The notes beneath the pieces were generated by a model that was not told where the DNA came from, ran no database searches, and saw only the letters and a program-made list of their open reading frames with translations. Shown piece by piece: positions 29,388 to 38,057 of a stretch of 64,000 nt of DNA (positions are counted from its first letter, which is position 1; the number at the start of each line of letters is the position of its first letter). A program made the position numbers and the translations under genes. The DNA is from Geminicoccaceae bacterium (GTDB lineage: Bacteria; Pseudomonadota; Alphaproteobacteria; Geminicoccales; Geminicoccaceae): positions 2,947-66,946 of the forward strand of contig JBOHKK010000001.1 of NCBI GenBank assembly GCA_050729115.1, given 5' to 3'.

Positions 29388-30441
29388 GAACTGCCGTCTC
29401 GGGATAGAAGGCCGCCCAGGCGAACCACATCGCCTGGAAGGCATTTACTGGCTCGAGGGCATCGCCACCGGACCAGGAGACATTGTAGGGACCGGCGCCG
29501 TCGATCTGCGCGTCTGCCTTCGTGCGTCCGCGGAAGACGTAGCCGGTGTCGAGAATCTTGTCGTAGAGAGCCGTGAAGACCTCGCCGTTCGCCTTGAGCT
29601 CCAGCCGACCGGCCGCGCGCAGGCTCCCGAGTCTAACGGCGACCGCTGCATCCCGGGTGCGTGCGCCGATGAAATCGGATTTTGGCGGGGAGCGGCGGTC
29701 GTCGTGCATCAGCGGGAACATCGTGCTGCTGTCCGGCTCGTAATAGCCCGAGGGCGGGTTGTAGGCGCCGTACGGGTCGCGATGGTAGTTGCGCGCAAAG
29801 CCCGTATCGGTAGACAGCACCTCCGTGTCGGGATAGGCGGCTCGCCAGCGCTGCCAAGTGGTCCAGACCACAGGTCGTTCGACCAGTGCCGTGCCGCGGT
29901 GCGGGCCGCGGATGCCGATCGCGAGCACCTGCGGGAACCAGGTATCGGTGTCGCGGTCGTACATGATCAGGTTGCTGTTCACCAGCCGGCCGGAGACCCC
30001 AAACTCTGTCTGTGCGCGCTCGAAGGCGAGTGCCGTGCCGGTCAGCGGGCAGTAGGTCACGGCAAGCCCGAGGCCGCCCACGGTGTCGTTCACGATCTCA
30101 TGCCAAACCACGACGCGCTGCGGATAGGCGCGGGCGACCCCGTTCTCGACCAGCCCGAACACGATGTCGCCGCCGTCGAGGTAACCGTCAGCATCCGCCG
30201 CCGTCCAGAATTTGGGGTGGTCAATGGCGGGGATCCCGTCCTTACCGGGGCCGCCCGACAGCTTGGCGTTGTCGTAGTCCTGCGGCTGCGACGGCATCAG
30301 GCGTCCTCCGGGGAGCGTGGGGTACGGGGCCGCACCACTCGCAGCCATCGTGGCGAGAGGCAAGCCGGCCAGCGACGCCCAGGAGGCCAGGCCGGCCGCG
30401 CGACCCATCAGCACCCGGCGTGTCAGATCCTCATGAATCAT
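29380..30441 (-). CDS. DUF3179 domain-containing exported protein (Tat-like signal)
   Basis: 353 aa with a GGAGG RBS. DGIPAIDHPKF...VARAYPQRVVVWHEIVNDTVGG..LAVTYCPLTGT...SGRLVNSNLIMYDR.TDTWFPQ matches my memory of the DUF3179 signature. Confidence 0.75.
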   Translation of the reverse strand: MIHEDLTRRVLMGRAAGLASWASLAGLPLATMAASGAAPYPTLPGGRLMPSQPQDYDNAKLSGGPGKDGIPAIDHPKFWTAADADGYLDGGDIVFGLVENGVARAYPQRVVVWHEIVNDTVGGLGLAVTYCPLTGTALAFERAQTEFGVSGRLVNSNLIMYDRDTDTWFPQVLAIGIRGPHRGTALVERPVVWTTWQRWRAAYPDTEVLSTDTGFARNYHRDPYGAYNPPSGYYEPDSSTMFPLMHDDRRSPPKSDFIGARTRDAAVAVRLGSLRAAGRLELKANGEVFTALYDKILDTGYVFRGRTKADAQIDGAGPYNVSWSGGDALEPVNAFQAMWFAWAAFYPETAVHE

Positions 30442-30829
30442 GTGCGCCTCCGTTTCACCTCAGCCCCGTCACCACATTTTATGAAGTGCGCCGCTGCTAC
30501 GCCTCGGCTTGGGCTCCGCTCGATCGAAAAGCTTTGTCGTGATCGCGGCGGTGTCGAGGCCTTCGGCCGCGTTTCACCAACGCTTTACCGGGCGTGACTG
30601 CCCGCCGCCGGTACAACGCCGACGACACTCGGATTCACCTCGTCAGCCGTGCTAATGGCGACTGCCGCCACCATAGCGGGTGGGATTGGCATCCTACCTC
30701 TGTGATTCTCCCGGCGCGTGGAATGGTGAACTGTAGACGCTGAAAGCCCTGCCCGCGTGCCCGATTACCTCGTCGAGCTTCGAAGACGCAAACGGCACTG
30801 GCCTGGGAGACGTTCGGCTTTGGTTGAAC

Positions 30830-31987
30830 ATGGGGGTGGAACGAGTGAGCACAAGCAAGCGTGTCGTCCTCCTGGGTGCCGGGCACGCCCACCTCTACGC
30901 TCTCAAGCGCGCGCGGGAATTTTCGCGCCGAGGGTATGAACTCGTGGTCGTGGCGCCCGACGCGTTCTGGTACTCCGGCCTTGCGACCGGCGTGCTCGGC
31001 GGCAAGTACGCGCCCGAAATGGACCGGGTGGACGTCGGCGTGCTGGTCGCGCGCGGCGGCGGCCGCTTCAGGCAAGACAGAGTCGTCGGCGTTGATGTCG
31101 CTTCTCACACAGTTCACCTCGAAGCATCGCCGCCACTGTCGTATGACGCGCTCTCCATCACGCTCGGCAGCTGCCCGCCGCCGATCCCGGCTGCGAGCAA
31201 AGCGGTCGGCTGCTATTCGGTGAAGCCGATCCGCCGTCTGTGCGAGCTGCGCGCCGATCTCGAGACGCGCTTTGACGATCGTCCCGGTCGCCGGGTTCGA
31301 GTTGCCGTTGCGGGAGGCGGGGTCACTGCGTGCGAGGTCGCCGCCAACGTCGCGGCTCTCGCCGAGGCTCGCGGCGGGCGCACCGACGTGACGGTGCTCG
31401 CGGGCAGCCGCCTCCTCAAGCAGTTGCCGGATCGGGCGGCGCGCCGCGTGGTCGGAGCGCTCGAGCGGCGTGGCGTGCGGTTCTACAGTCCCGCGCGGGT
31501 GGCGGGTGTCGAGACCGGGCGCGCGATCCTCGAGGATGAGCGCGCGGTCGCTTTCGATCTGTTCGTGAACGCCACCGGGCTCAGGCCCTCCCCGATCGTC
31601 CGCGAGATCGGACTGCCGGTCGACGACGAAGGGGCGCTCCTGGTGGACCACAGCCTGCGCTCGATCGCCGATCCGACGGTGCACGGTGGTGGCGATTGCA
31701 TCACGCTTAGCGATGAGAAGCTCGCGAGGATCGGCGTATACGCGATTCGCGAGGCGCCGGTGCTGTACCGCAATCTGTTGGCCGCGCTCGGAAGCGGTGA
31801 AACCACGCGCTTTAAGCCCCAGACCAAGTTCCTCTGGATCATGAACCTGGGCGACGGCACCGGCCTTGCCGCCCGCGGCCGGCTATGGTGGCACGGCCGG
31901 CTCGCCTTTCGACTCAAGGATTGGATCGACCGCCGGTTCCTGCGCGAATACCAGCTGGCCGCCGGCGTTGCCGCGCCGCCTGAGTGA
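30830..31987 (+). CDS. FAD/NAD(P)-dependent pyridine nucleotide-disulfide oxidoreductase family protein (NDH-2 / SelD-N-terminal-like)
   Basis: KRVVLLGAGHAHLY dinucleotide fold, a second fold RVAVAGGGVTACEVA, and a GGGDC motif. The start is ambiguous (TTG 30824, ATG 30830, GTG 30845). Confidence 0.75.
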   Translation: MGVERVSTSKRVVLLGAGHAHLYALKRAREFSRRGYELVVVAPDAFWYSGLATGVLGGKYAPEMDRVDVGVLVARGGGRFRQDRVVGVDVASHTVHLEASPPLSYDALSITLGSCPPPIPAASKAVGCYSVKPIRRLCELRADLETRFDDRPGRRVRVAVAGGGVTACEVAANVAALAEARGGRTDVTVLAGSRLLKQLPDRAARRVVGALERRGVRFYSPARVAGVETGRAILEDERAVAFDLFVNATGLRPSPIVREIGLPVDDEGALLVDHSLRSIADPTVHGGGDCITLSDEKLARIGVYAIREAPVLYRNLLAALGSGETTRFKPQTKFLWIMNLGDGTGLAARGRLWWHGRLAFRLKDWIDRRFLREYQLAAGVAAPPE

Positions 31988-32110
31988 CTTGAAGCGAAGC
32001 CAACGACTCCGCGGCCATTCCCGCTCCTCCGCCGTGGTGTCCTATCCAGCCGCTCGCTCGCCATGGCGACCGGAGGAAGAAAGCGATCAGCGAATGCATT
32101 TGCCGCATCC

Positions 32111-34645
32111 TCAGACCACGTAGCGATCCCAACCACCGTAATGTTCGGAGCTCCGCTTGCCGCGCGGCAGACTGAGAGCGATCAGCGCCGCCCCGGCGAG
32201 CACACCGGCCCAGGCGCCGAGCAGGGTGGCGCCCGGCAGCAGCCAAGGCGCGGCGATCAGCCAGAGGCCGAACAGGACATTGATGAAGCGCAAGGGCCGC
32301 GCGACCTCGGCCATGGCGCTCACCGCCACGGTGATGGCGAGCGCGCCGATCAAGTGGTCACTGTCCGCCAGCGGCGGTTCGGTGCCGAAGATCAGGCGGC
32401 TGAACATGAGCCAGACGCCCAAGGCGGCGCTCGCAACCAGCGTCCAAGGCACGGTCACCCCCCAGGCCATCGCTGCCCCCATCGTCCGCAGATCCGCCCC
32501 GAAGCCTGGTCGCTCACTCTCCGTGGCGCCCGGCATGGCGCCGCCCTGGAAGAAGGTACGCCAGAAGGGCTTGCCTGCCCGGTGGCTGTGCAGGAGGAAC
32601 TGCCCCATCGCCACGAGCTCGTCGAGCGCGAAGGGGATCATGATCAGCATAGCGAGCGCTGCGAGCAAACAGAGCGTGCAATAGGTACCGATGACGATTG
32701 GCTGGATGATGATGAAATAGATGCTGACGACGCCGAGCGGCACCACGACGATACCGAACAGGACCACCATCCAGGGCATAGTGCGCCAGCGGCGGCGGTC
32801 GCCCATGACGCCCATCAGCACCTCGAACATGTAGCTCACCGCACCGAGGCCGGCGTCGGCGATCGGCCAGGCCTTCGAAACGTCCGAGGTGATGATGACC
32901 TCGGTGCCGTTCAGGCCGCCTCCACCGGAGAAGAACGGTTCCCAAACCCCGTCGACGTGCCCGAGCTGGTAGGCGGCGAGGGAGCGGGCGATGACGAAGC
33001 CGACAAAGCCAAGCGCGATGATGGGCAGGCGCTGCAGGTAGGTCGATGGGGAGTAGGTCCAGCCGGGCGGGGTATCTGAGCTGTCCATCATCCCTTCGCG
33101 GCTCATGCCCGGCATCATCGGCACCAGGATGGCGAAGGCGATGACCAGCGCGCCGATGAAGGTGTCGTTGGCGTAGACCGCAGCGCTCGGCGACCAGAAG
33201 ACGAGCGGCGCGAACAGGAGCCAGATCCCCACTGCGGTATTCGCCCATTGCGCCCACGCGAAGCGCTGAGAGAGAGACAACGCACCGAATGCCATGATCA
33301 GCAGGCCGCTGGTCAGGTCGCTCCAGGCGGTGAGTGCGCTGCGCAACCCGGGCTCCCACAACCCGCGCTCCTCGGTCACGCGTAGCACGCCTTCGCCGAA
33401 GGCCGCATGGTCGAACGTGCCGAAGACGAACGGACTGGCCGCCAGCCAGGCGCCGAGCATGATGTTGAGAAAGTGCACCCAGAGCATGCCGAGGTGCATC
33501 CGCCGCATCCCCTCCATGTGCTCGCGCACCATCTCCTGATGCTCGAGCGGATCGGCGGTGGGCTGCTCCTGCTGATCCTGCTCGACCCGCTTCGCCGCCA
33601 CCCTGGCGGCGTTCAGCTTGTTCGCCCGATACCAGCCGACCGGATCGGCGTCGAGCGCTGCGACGATTTTCGGCAGCGTCCGCCGCAGGGAATGCTTCGG
33701 CTCCCAGCCGAGGACGCTCCGGGCACGAGAGAGGTCGAGCTCGTAGTGGTCGTCGGCGATCTCGACCATCCACGGCTTGATGAACGGATCCTCCTCCAGA
33801 ATCTCGTCCTGGACCCACGCGCCGGTCCTGGCTAAGGCTTTCGGGACTTGGCGTGTCTCCCACTCCTCATCGTGGATGAGCCAGCCGAGCTCGCGCTGAA
33901 TCTCGCCGAAGCTCATCGTCTCCGGCTCGCCGAGGAGGAGCGGAAGCTCGGGCGGCAGCTCCTTGCGGCGCTCGACGATCCGCAGCAAAGCGTCCGTAAG
34001 GTCGTCGAGATGCAAGAAGGGCTGTCCGGTCCGGAGGTCGCCCGGATAGGAATGACTGATGAGCTTGCGCTCATAGATCCGAGAAATCTGTCGAGCGAGG
34101 AAGGCTGAACGGCAGAGATCGTCGTAGACCCCGGCAGGACGCACCAGAACGGCCGGGATGGAACCGCGCTGCTCTTGGATCAGCCGCTCCGTTCGGATCT
34201 TGGATTCCCGGTACGGGAGCTTTGGGTCGATTGGCCAGTCCTCGTCGATCGGTTGCGCACGTTTGCCGGGCGCATGGACCAACATGGTGCTGGCGAAGAC
34301 AAACTGCTCGACCTCGAAGGATTGCAGGCCGCGCAACAGCCGTTCGGTGCCACGAACGGTGACTTGTTCGTATTTCGGATTTGGCTCACCAGTAAGGTCG
34401 AAATAGGCGGCGAGGTGGATTACCGAAGCAATGCGCTCGCCATAGGCCGTTCGCACCCGCCGAAGCGCGGCCTCGACACTCTCTTCGGAAGTCAGATCGA
34501 TGCAGATGCATTCGGCGGCCGGTGGTGGATGAGGCGGCGTCGCACGGTCCAGGCCGACCAGGGCGAAATGGTTGCCCAGCTTTTCGATCAGCGCCGCGCC
34601 GATGAAACCGCTGCTGCCGGTGACGACTACCGTGTCCTTTTCCAT
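32111..34645 (-). CDS. fusion protein: NAD-dependent epimerase/dehydratase (SDR) domain plus polytopic membrane region with SPW-repeat-like and VKOR-like (CxxC) segments
   Basis: 844 aa. N-terminal VVVTGSSGFIGAALIEKL...YRESK (extended SDR). After about residue 385 there are at least 10 hydrophobic helices. Several carry the W-L-x-x-(S/A)-P-(W/F) pattern seen in the SPW protein at 37239..37670. One segment, ...TEVIITSDVSKAWPIADAGLGAVSYMF...IGTYCTLCLLAALAML, resembles the VKOR loop plus the CxxC helix. Confidence 0.7.
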   Translation of the reverse strand: MEKDTVVVTGSSGFIGAALIEKLGNHFALVGLDRATPPHPPPAAECICIDLTSEESVEAALRRVRTAYGERIASVIHLAAYFDLTGEPNPKYEQVTVRGTERLLRGLQSFEVEQFVFASTMLVHAPGKRAQPIDEDWPIDPKLPYRESKIRTERLIQEQRGSIPAVLVRPAGVYDDLCRSAFLARQISRIYERKLISHSYPGDLRTGQPFLHLDDLTDALLRIVERRKELPPELPLLLGEPETMSFGEIQRELGWLIHDEEWETRQVPKALARTGAWVQDEILEEDPFIKPWMVEIADDHYELDLSRARSVLGWEPKHSLRRTLPKIVAALDADPVGWYRANKLNAARVAAKRVEQDQQEQPTADPLEHQEMVREHMEGMRRMHLGMLWVHFLNIMLGAWLAASPFVFGTFDHAAFGEGVLRVTEERGLWEPGLRSALTAWSDLTSGLLIMAFGALSLSQRFAWAQWANTAVGIWLLFAPLVFWSPSAAVYANDTFIGALVIAFAILVPMMPGMSREGMMDSSDTPPGWTYSPSTYLQRLPIIALGFVGFVIARSLAAYQLGHVDGVWEPFFSGGGGLNGTEVIITSDVSKAWPIADAGLGAVSYMFEVLMGVMGDRRRWRTMPWMVVLFGIVVVPLGVVSIYFIIIQPIVIGTYCTLCLLAALAMLIMIPFALDELVAMGQFLLHSHRAGKPFWRTFFQGGAMPGATESERPGFGADLRTMGAAMAWGVTVPWTLVASAALGVWLMFSRLIFGTEPPLADSDHLIGALAITVAVSAMAEVARPLRFINVLFGLWLIAAPWLLPGATLLGAWAGVLAGAALIALSLPRGKRSSEHYGGWDRYVV

Positions 34646-34690
34646 CGTGTGGCTTACCGCCCCTGACTTAGGTAATCGGTTGATCCGTTA

Positions 34691-34807
34691 TTAACGGCTG
34701 GACATCAGATATTTGACCAGCGCCGCAGCAGCGAGGATCAGCACGATGAGCACGACAAGGCCGATCGGGCCCATGCCGCCCATCATCCAGCCCATGCCGT
34801 CCATCAT
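34691..34807 (-). CDS. Met-rich single-TM micro-protein (38 aa), paralog of 43244..43369
   Basis: My own translation: MMDGMGWMMGGMGPIGLVVLIVLILAAAALVKYLMSSR*. GGGAGGG RBS 7 nt upstream. It lies between cueR and the 844-aa fusion gene. A second copy with the same architecture sits in the dsbA-ccmG cluster. Confidence 0.6.
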   Translation of the reverse strand: MMDGMGWMMGGMGPIGLVVLIVLILAAAALVKYLMSSR

Positions 34808-34966
34808 GGCGCGCCCTCCCGCGTGATCCGCATCTACGTGACATACGCTTTGACAACGGCGCAGGCGGCGTAATGTTTCCGGTCGCCGTGCAAGGGGGCG
34901 CGTGCATACGCCGACCAGCACTGCGCTTGGCGCTTTCGCGGGACGCGTGATGCTGGATGGCGCGGC

Positions 34967-35446
34967 TCAATCCCATTCCATGCCCGCTTCGCCGACCTCG
35001 GCTCGTCCGCGTCGGGCACCGTTCGCTCGACCGGCTCCGTTCGCCCAGCCACTCTCCTCGGGATCGGCAAGATCCCTCAGGATCGGGCAGTCGGGTCGGT
35101 CGTCACCGTCGCAGTGGTCCGCCAGATGCTTCACCGTATCCCGCAGTGCCTCGAGCTCTGCGATCTTTGCCTGGAGCTCGGCCACGTGGTCGAGGGCGAC
35201 GCGCTTCACCTCGGCGCTGGACCGGTCGCGGTCGCGCCACAATCCCAAAAGCTGCTCGACGCGCTCCACCGAGAACCCAAGACTTCGCGCCCGTTTGATG
35301 AAGGGCAGCGTATGGACGTCCGAGGTGGTGTAGGCGCGATAGTTGCCGGTGGTCCGCCTGGCCTCGGAAATCAGCCCGATGTCCTCGTAGTAGCGGATGG
35401 TCTTCGCCGGAAGGCCAGACGTCCTTGCGGCTTCTCCAATATTCAT
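34967..35446 (-). CDS. cueR: Cu(I)-responsive MerR-family regulator CueR/HmrR
   Basis: MNIGEAARTSGLPAKTIRYYEDIGLI HTH. C-terminal metal loop CDGDDRPDC (C-8-C, as in CueR). GGAAGGAGG RBS. Confidence 0.88.
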   Translation of the reverse strand: MNIGEAARTSGLPAKTIRYYEDIGLISEARRTTGNYRAYTTSDVHTLPFIKRARSLGFSVERVEQLLGLWRDRDRSSAEVKRVALDHVAELQAKIAELEALRDTVKHLADHCDGDDRPDCPILRDLADPEESGWANGAGRANGARRGRAEVGEAGMEWD

Positions 35447-35714
35447 GGATCCTCCTTCCCTTAGGGCTGTCGGGCGTACAGTTCACAAGGTGCGACCAAT
35501 TGATGCCTGTGCTGAGGCCGCTGAAGGCCGTGTCTGCGCGCAATCACTGCGCACCAGGCGATTGTCATGGCCGCCCTTTCGAGATGCGTCCGCATGATGC
35601 GCACCTGAGTCAACGACGTGGCGATTGATTCCTGCTCGTCGTCAGAGGTGAAATCGATCCTGCCGCGATGCCAGACGTCCTGCTTCTCCGTTCCGGCCCG
35701 GCTCGGGAGAAAGA

Positions 35715-35741
35715 TTGACCTTCCAGTGAGTGGAAGGTCAA
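35715..35741. promoter_or_regulatory. CueR-type operator/promoter, perfect palindrome TTGACCTTCC-N7-GGAAGGTCAA
   Basis: Read directly: ttgaccttccagtgagtggaaggtcaa. It matches the E. coli PcopA architecture (TTGACC, 19-bp spacer containing CCTTCC-N7-GGAAGG). Read on the minus strand, the -10 would be AATCTT (35711..35716), pointing toward cueR. Confidence 0.7.
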
Positions 35742-35756
35742 GGGCGAAGGCGAGGG

Positions 35757-35787
35757 TTGACCTTCCTCCGGCTGGAAGGTCGATGGT
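35757..35787. promoter_or_regulatory. second CueR-type operator/promoter, TTGACCTTCC-N7-GGAAGGTCGA
   Basis: Read directly: ttgaccttcctccggctggaaggtcga, 42 bp (about four helical turns) from the first box. Read on the plus strand, TTGACC - 19 nt - GATGGT. Confidence 0.65.
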
Positions 35788-36019
35788 TAATCCGGTTCAG
35801 CACCCCAGAAAATTGTACGGTCCCTACGCCTAGGGAATGAGCTGCGGCCGTTGCCGCCCAGATGGTCGCGGAGATCGTCAAGCCGCCGCATCCGGCGCCT
35901 TCATGAAGCGCGACTGCGGGGGCGCGGCTGAGTCGAATGGAATTCTGGCGTGCTCGTGGACACAACGTGGGCAGCAGCAACGCCGGGCAAGGGCTGGCCT
36001 CAACAGAGGGAGAGATCCT

Positions 36020-37002
36020 GTGCCGAGCAGGCAACCAGCGTTCGCTACATGGGTGGCCAAGATCCTGGAGCTCGCGGGTGACGCCATCGTCTGTGTCGAC
36101 GAAACTGACCGTGTCTTCTTCTTCAATCGGGCCGGCGAGGCGATGTTCGGGTGCCGCGCCGAGGAAGTCTTGGGCCGGCGAGTCGGTGTTCTCATGCCCC
36201 GGCACTCCCGGCAGGTATACCGGGAATACGTACGCGCCCTCGCCCCCGGGGAGGACATCCGATGGGAAGGGACGGGCCGCCGCAAGGCGGCGAATTCCCA
36301 CTCGAGGCCACACTCTCATGCCAGGATTTTGACGGCCGCCCGGTGCTGATCATCAGCGCACGCGACATCTCCGAACGCCAACGGGCGCGCGAGCATGACG
36401 AGCTGCTGCTGCGGGAGATGGAGCACCGGGTAAAGAACCTTCTGGCCAGTGTCCAGGCCCTGGCGCGGCAGACGCTGTGCGTCAGCCCCTCACCCGAGAT
36501 CTTCGCGGAAAGCTTCATTGAGCGGCTGGCGGCGTTGAGCCGCATTCACGCTCTGCTCATTCAAAGCCGCTGGCGGGGCGCGGCGCTGCACGATCTGGTC
36601 GGCGCTGAGCTGTCACCTTATCGTTCAGAGGAGCGCGGTCATGCCGCGATCAAAGGCGATGCGGTGTTCCTCGACCCAGAGCCGGCGCTGGCACTGAGCC
36701 TGGCGATGCATGAGCTCACAACCAACGCTGCTAAATACGGGGCGCTGTCGGTGCCCGAGGGTCGGGTCGAGGTAGCCTGGGAGGTAGAGGACAGGGGTGC
36801 GGAGCGGTATCTAATGCTGCACTGGGCGGAGCTGGGCGGTCCCGAGGTACAGGAGCCGCAGCGACGAGGTTTCGGGAGTACGCTCCTTGAGCAGGGAATC
36901 ATATCGACGCTCGGCGGGACGGTGGATCTCCGGTTCCCGCCGGAGGGCGTGCGCTGCCAGATCGAGCTGCCGGTTAGCGCCAATCCGGAGCGGCAGCCTT
37001 AG
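36020..37002 (+). pseudogene. PAS-domain HWE-family histidine kinase, frame broken near 36286..36292
   Basis: The PAS part runs in frame 1 from the GTG at 36020 (GGGAGAG RBS): ...IVCVDETDRVFFFNRAGEAMFG...WEGTGRRK. The continuation is in another frame (track ORF 36151..37002): GGEFPLEATLS...ISARDISERQRAREHDELLLREMEHRVKNLLASVQAL...ELTTNAAKYGAL...GFGSTLL (HWE kinase core). An upstream in-frame ATG at 35837 is also possible. Confidence 0.75.
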
Positions 37003-37238
37003 CTCCGGCTCTACAGCACGCTTTGGGCCTCCGGGCGGGAAGCTTGCTGATACCAGGATTGCGCTCTGGGTGCTCGGCGCTAGGCCGGGCAGGATACAAC
37101 CTCCCGAGTTGGGTTTTCGTCCGACGGTAACAGGGCGAGCATGCGTGCATGGGGTCCGTGCGCGCCTGACCTGAATGGCGCACACGGATCCCCGTCACCG
37201 CCGATGGGATGGAACGGTGCGCCAGATGTCGACGCAGA

Positions 37239-37670
37239 TCACCGGCTCGTCGCGGACGCCGTCTTACGGATGTCGTACAGCTCCCATGCCGCCAGAGCGA
37301 AGATCAGCAGGCCCACGACGAGCGTATTCCACGTCGCCACGGCATTGCCGCTGAATCCCAGCACCCATGGTGAGATGACGAGCCACAGGCCGATGAGGAG
37401 ATTCGTCCATTCCTCCCACGCGTGCGCTCCGAGGAGCCCGGCGGCGGCGATCGCCGCAACGACAACGCCGAAGATCCAGGCGTTCCATGCGGCCGCCACA
37501 ACGACACTGCCGGCAGCGGCCGCCTCGGCGGGAGTGCCGACGGTAGTGGCTCCGGAGGCGAACTGCAGGACCCAGGGCGAAATGAACAGCCAGATCGCCA
37601 GGATCAGGTTCGTCCAATCCTGCCAGCGGTTGGCATTGGTGCGCTGCGTCATGAAGCGATTTCGCGCCAT
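37239..37670 (-). CDS. SPW repeat protein
   Basis: ATG at 37668..37670 with a GGAGG RBS, 143 aa. Two repeats, WTNLILAIWLFISPWVLQF and WTNLLIGLWLVISPWVLGF. Confidence 0.8.
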   Translation of the reverse strand: MARNRFMTQRTNANRWQDWTNLILAIWLFISPWVLQFASGATTVGTPAEAAAAGSVVVAAAWNAWIFGVVVAAIAAAGLLGAHAWEEWTNLLIGLWLVISPWVLGFSGNAVATWNTLVVGLLIFALAAWELYDIRKTASATSR

Positions 37671-37847
37671 GACATACCCTCCTACTCCGCTGCCATGTCC
37701 CTTTTGCGGGAGCCGCCCCCACGAGGGGTCGCGCGCTGCCGCCCGGCAGCCACGCCTCATCCCGGAAGCCCAGGGCACCTCCTCGGGGACCATGGCGGTT
37801 GCGATCGGGGCTTCCACCGGTCGAACTAGGTCTCTAGTCGCTGGAAG

Positions 37848-38056
37848 GCCAACGCCCCCGCTGAAACTTCTCTGCTCAGCGAAGTCGGCTGGGCATCTTG
37901 CCAACTGGGGCCAGCAACCCCGTGTTACGTCGCCATGAGAGTCTTGTTTTGGCATCGGATGCGAGGCGGGCTCCTGGCGCTTTTGCTGGGCCTCAGCATG
38001 AGTCTGGCCGTAAGCCACGCCGGTTCCATGTCGGCCGAGATGGCTGTCGCGGCTGA
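37848..38056 (+). repeat. copy A of a roughly 200-bp duplicated segment (upstream region plus first about 41 codons of the exported Cys/His protein gene)
   Basis: By-eye alignment with 39657..39866 gives roughly 75-80% identity. Copy A begins ccaacgccc..ttctctgctSagcgaagtcggctgggcatcttgccaac...ATGAGA...TTTGGCATCGGA...CTCAGCATGAG..GCCACGCC...ATGTC.GCC.AGATGGC. Confidence 0.8.
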
Positions 38057-38057
38057 G
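37935..38057 (+). pseudogene. truncated paralog of 39744..40097 (signal-peptide part only)
   Basis: MRVLFWHRMRGGLLALLLGLSMSLAVSHAGSMSAEMAVAAE compares with MRRWLWHRTRVLLLALLLGLSMSLAISHASAMSAKMAVSAE. Similarity stops at about 38056, and the rest of the 117-aa track ORF is Arg/Gly-rich read-through. Confidence 0.7.

Noticed and set aside
35447-35600. 47-codon minus-strand ORF (MRTHLERAAMTIAWC...) in the long cueR leader
   Set aside because: No RBS, an odd composition, and no paralog or motif. I treat it as non-coding leader unless conservation shows otherwise.
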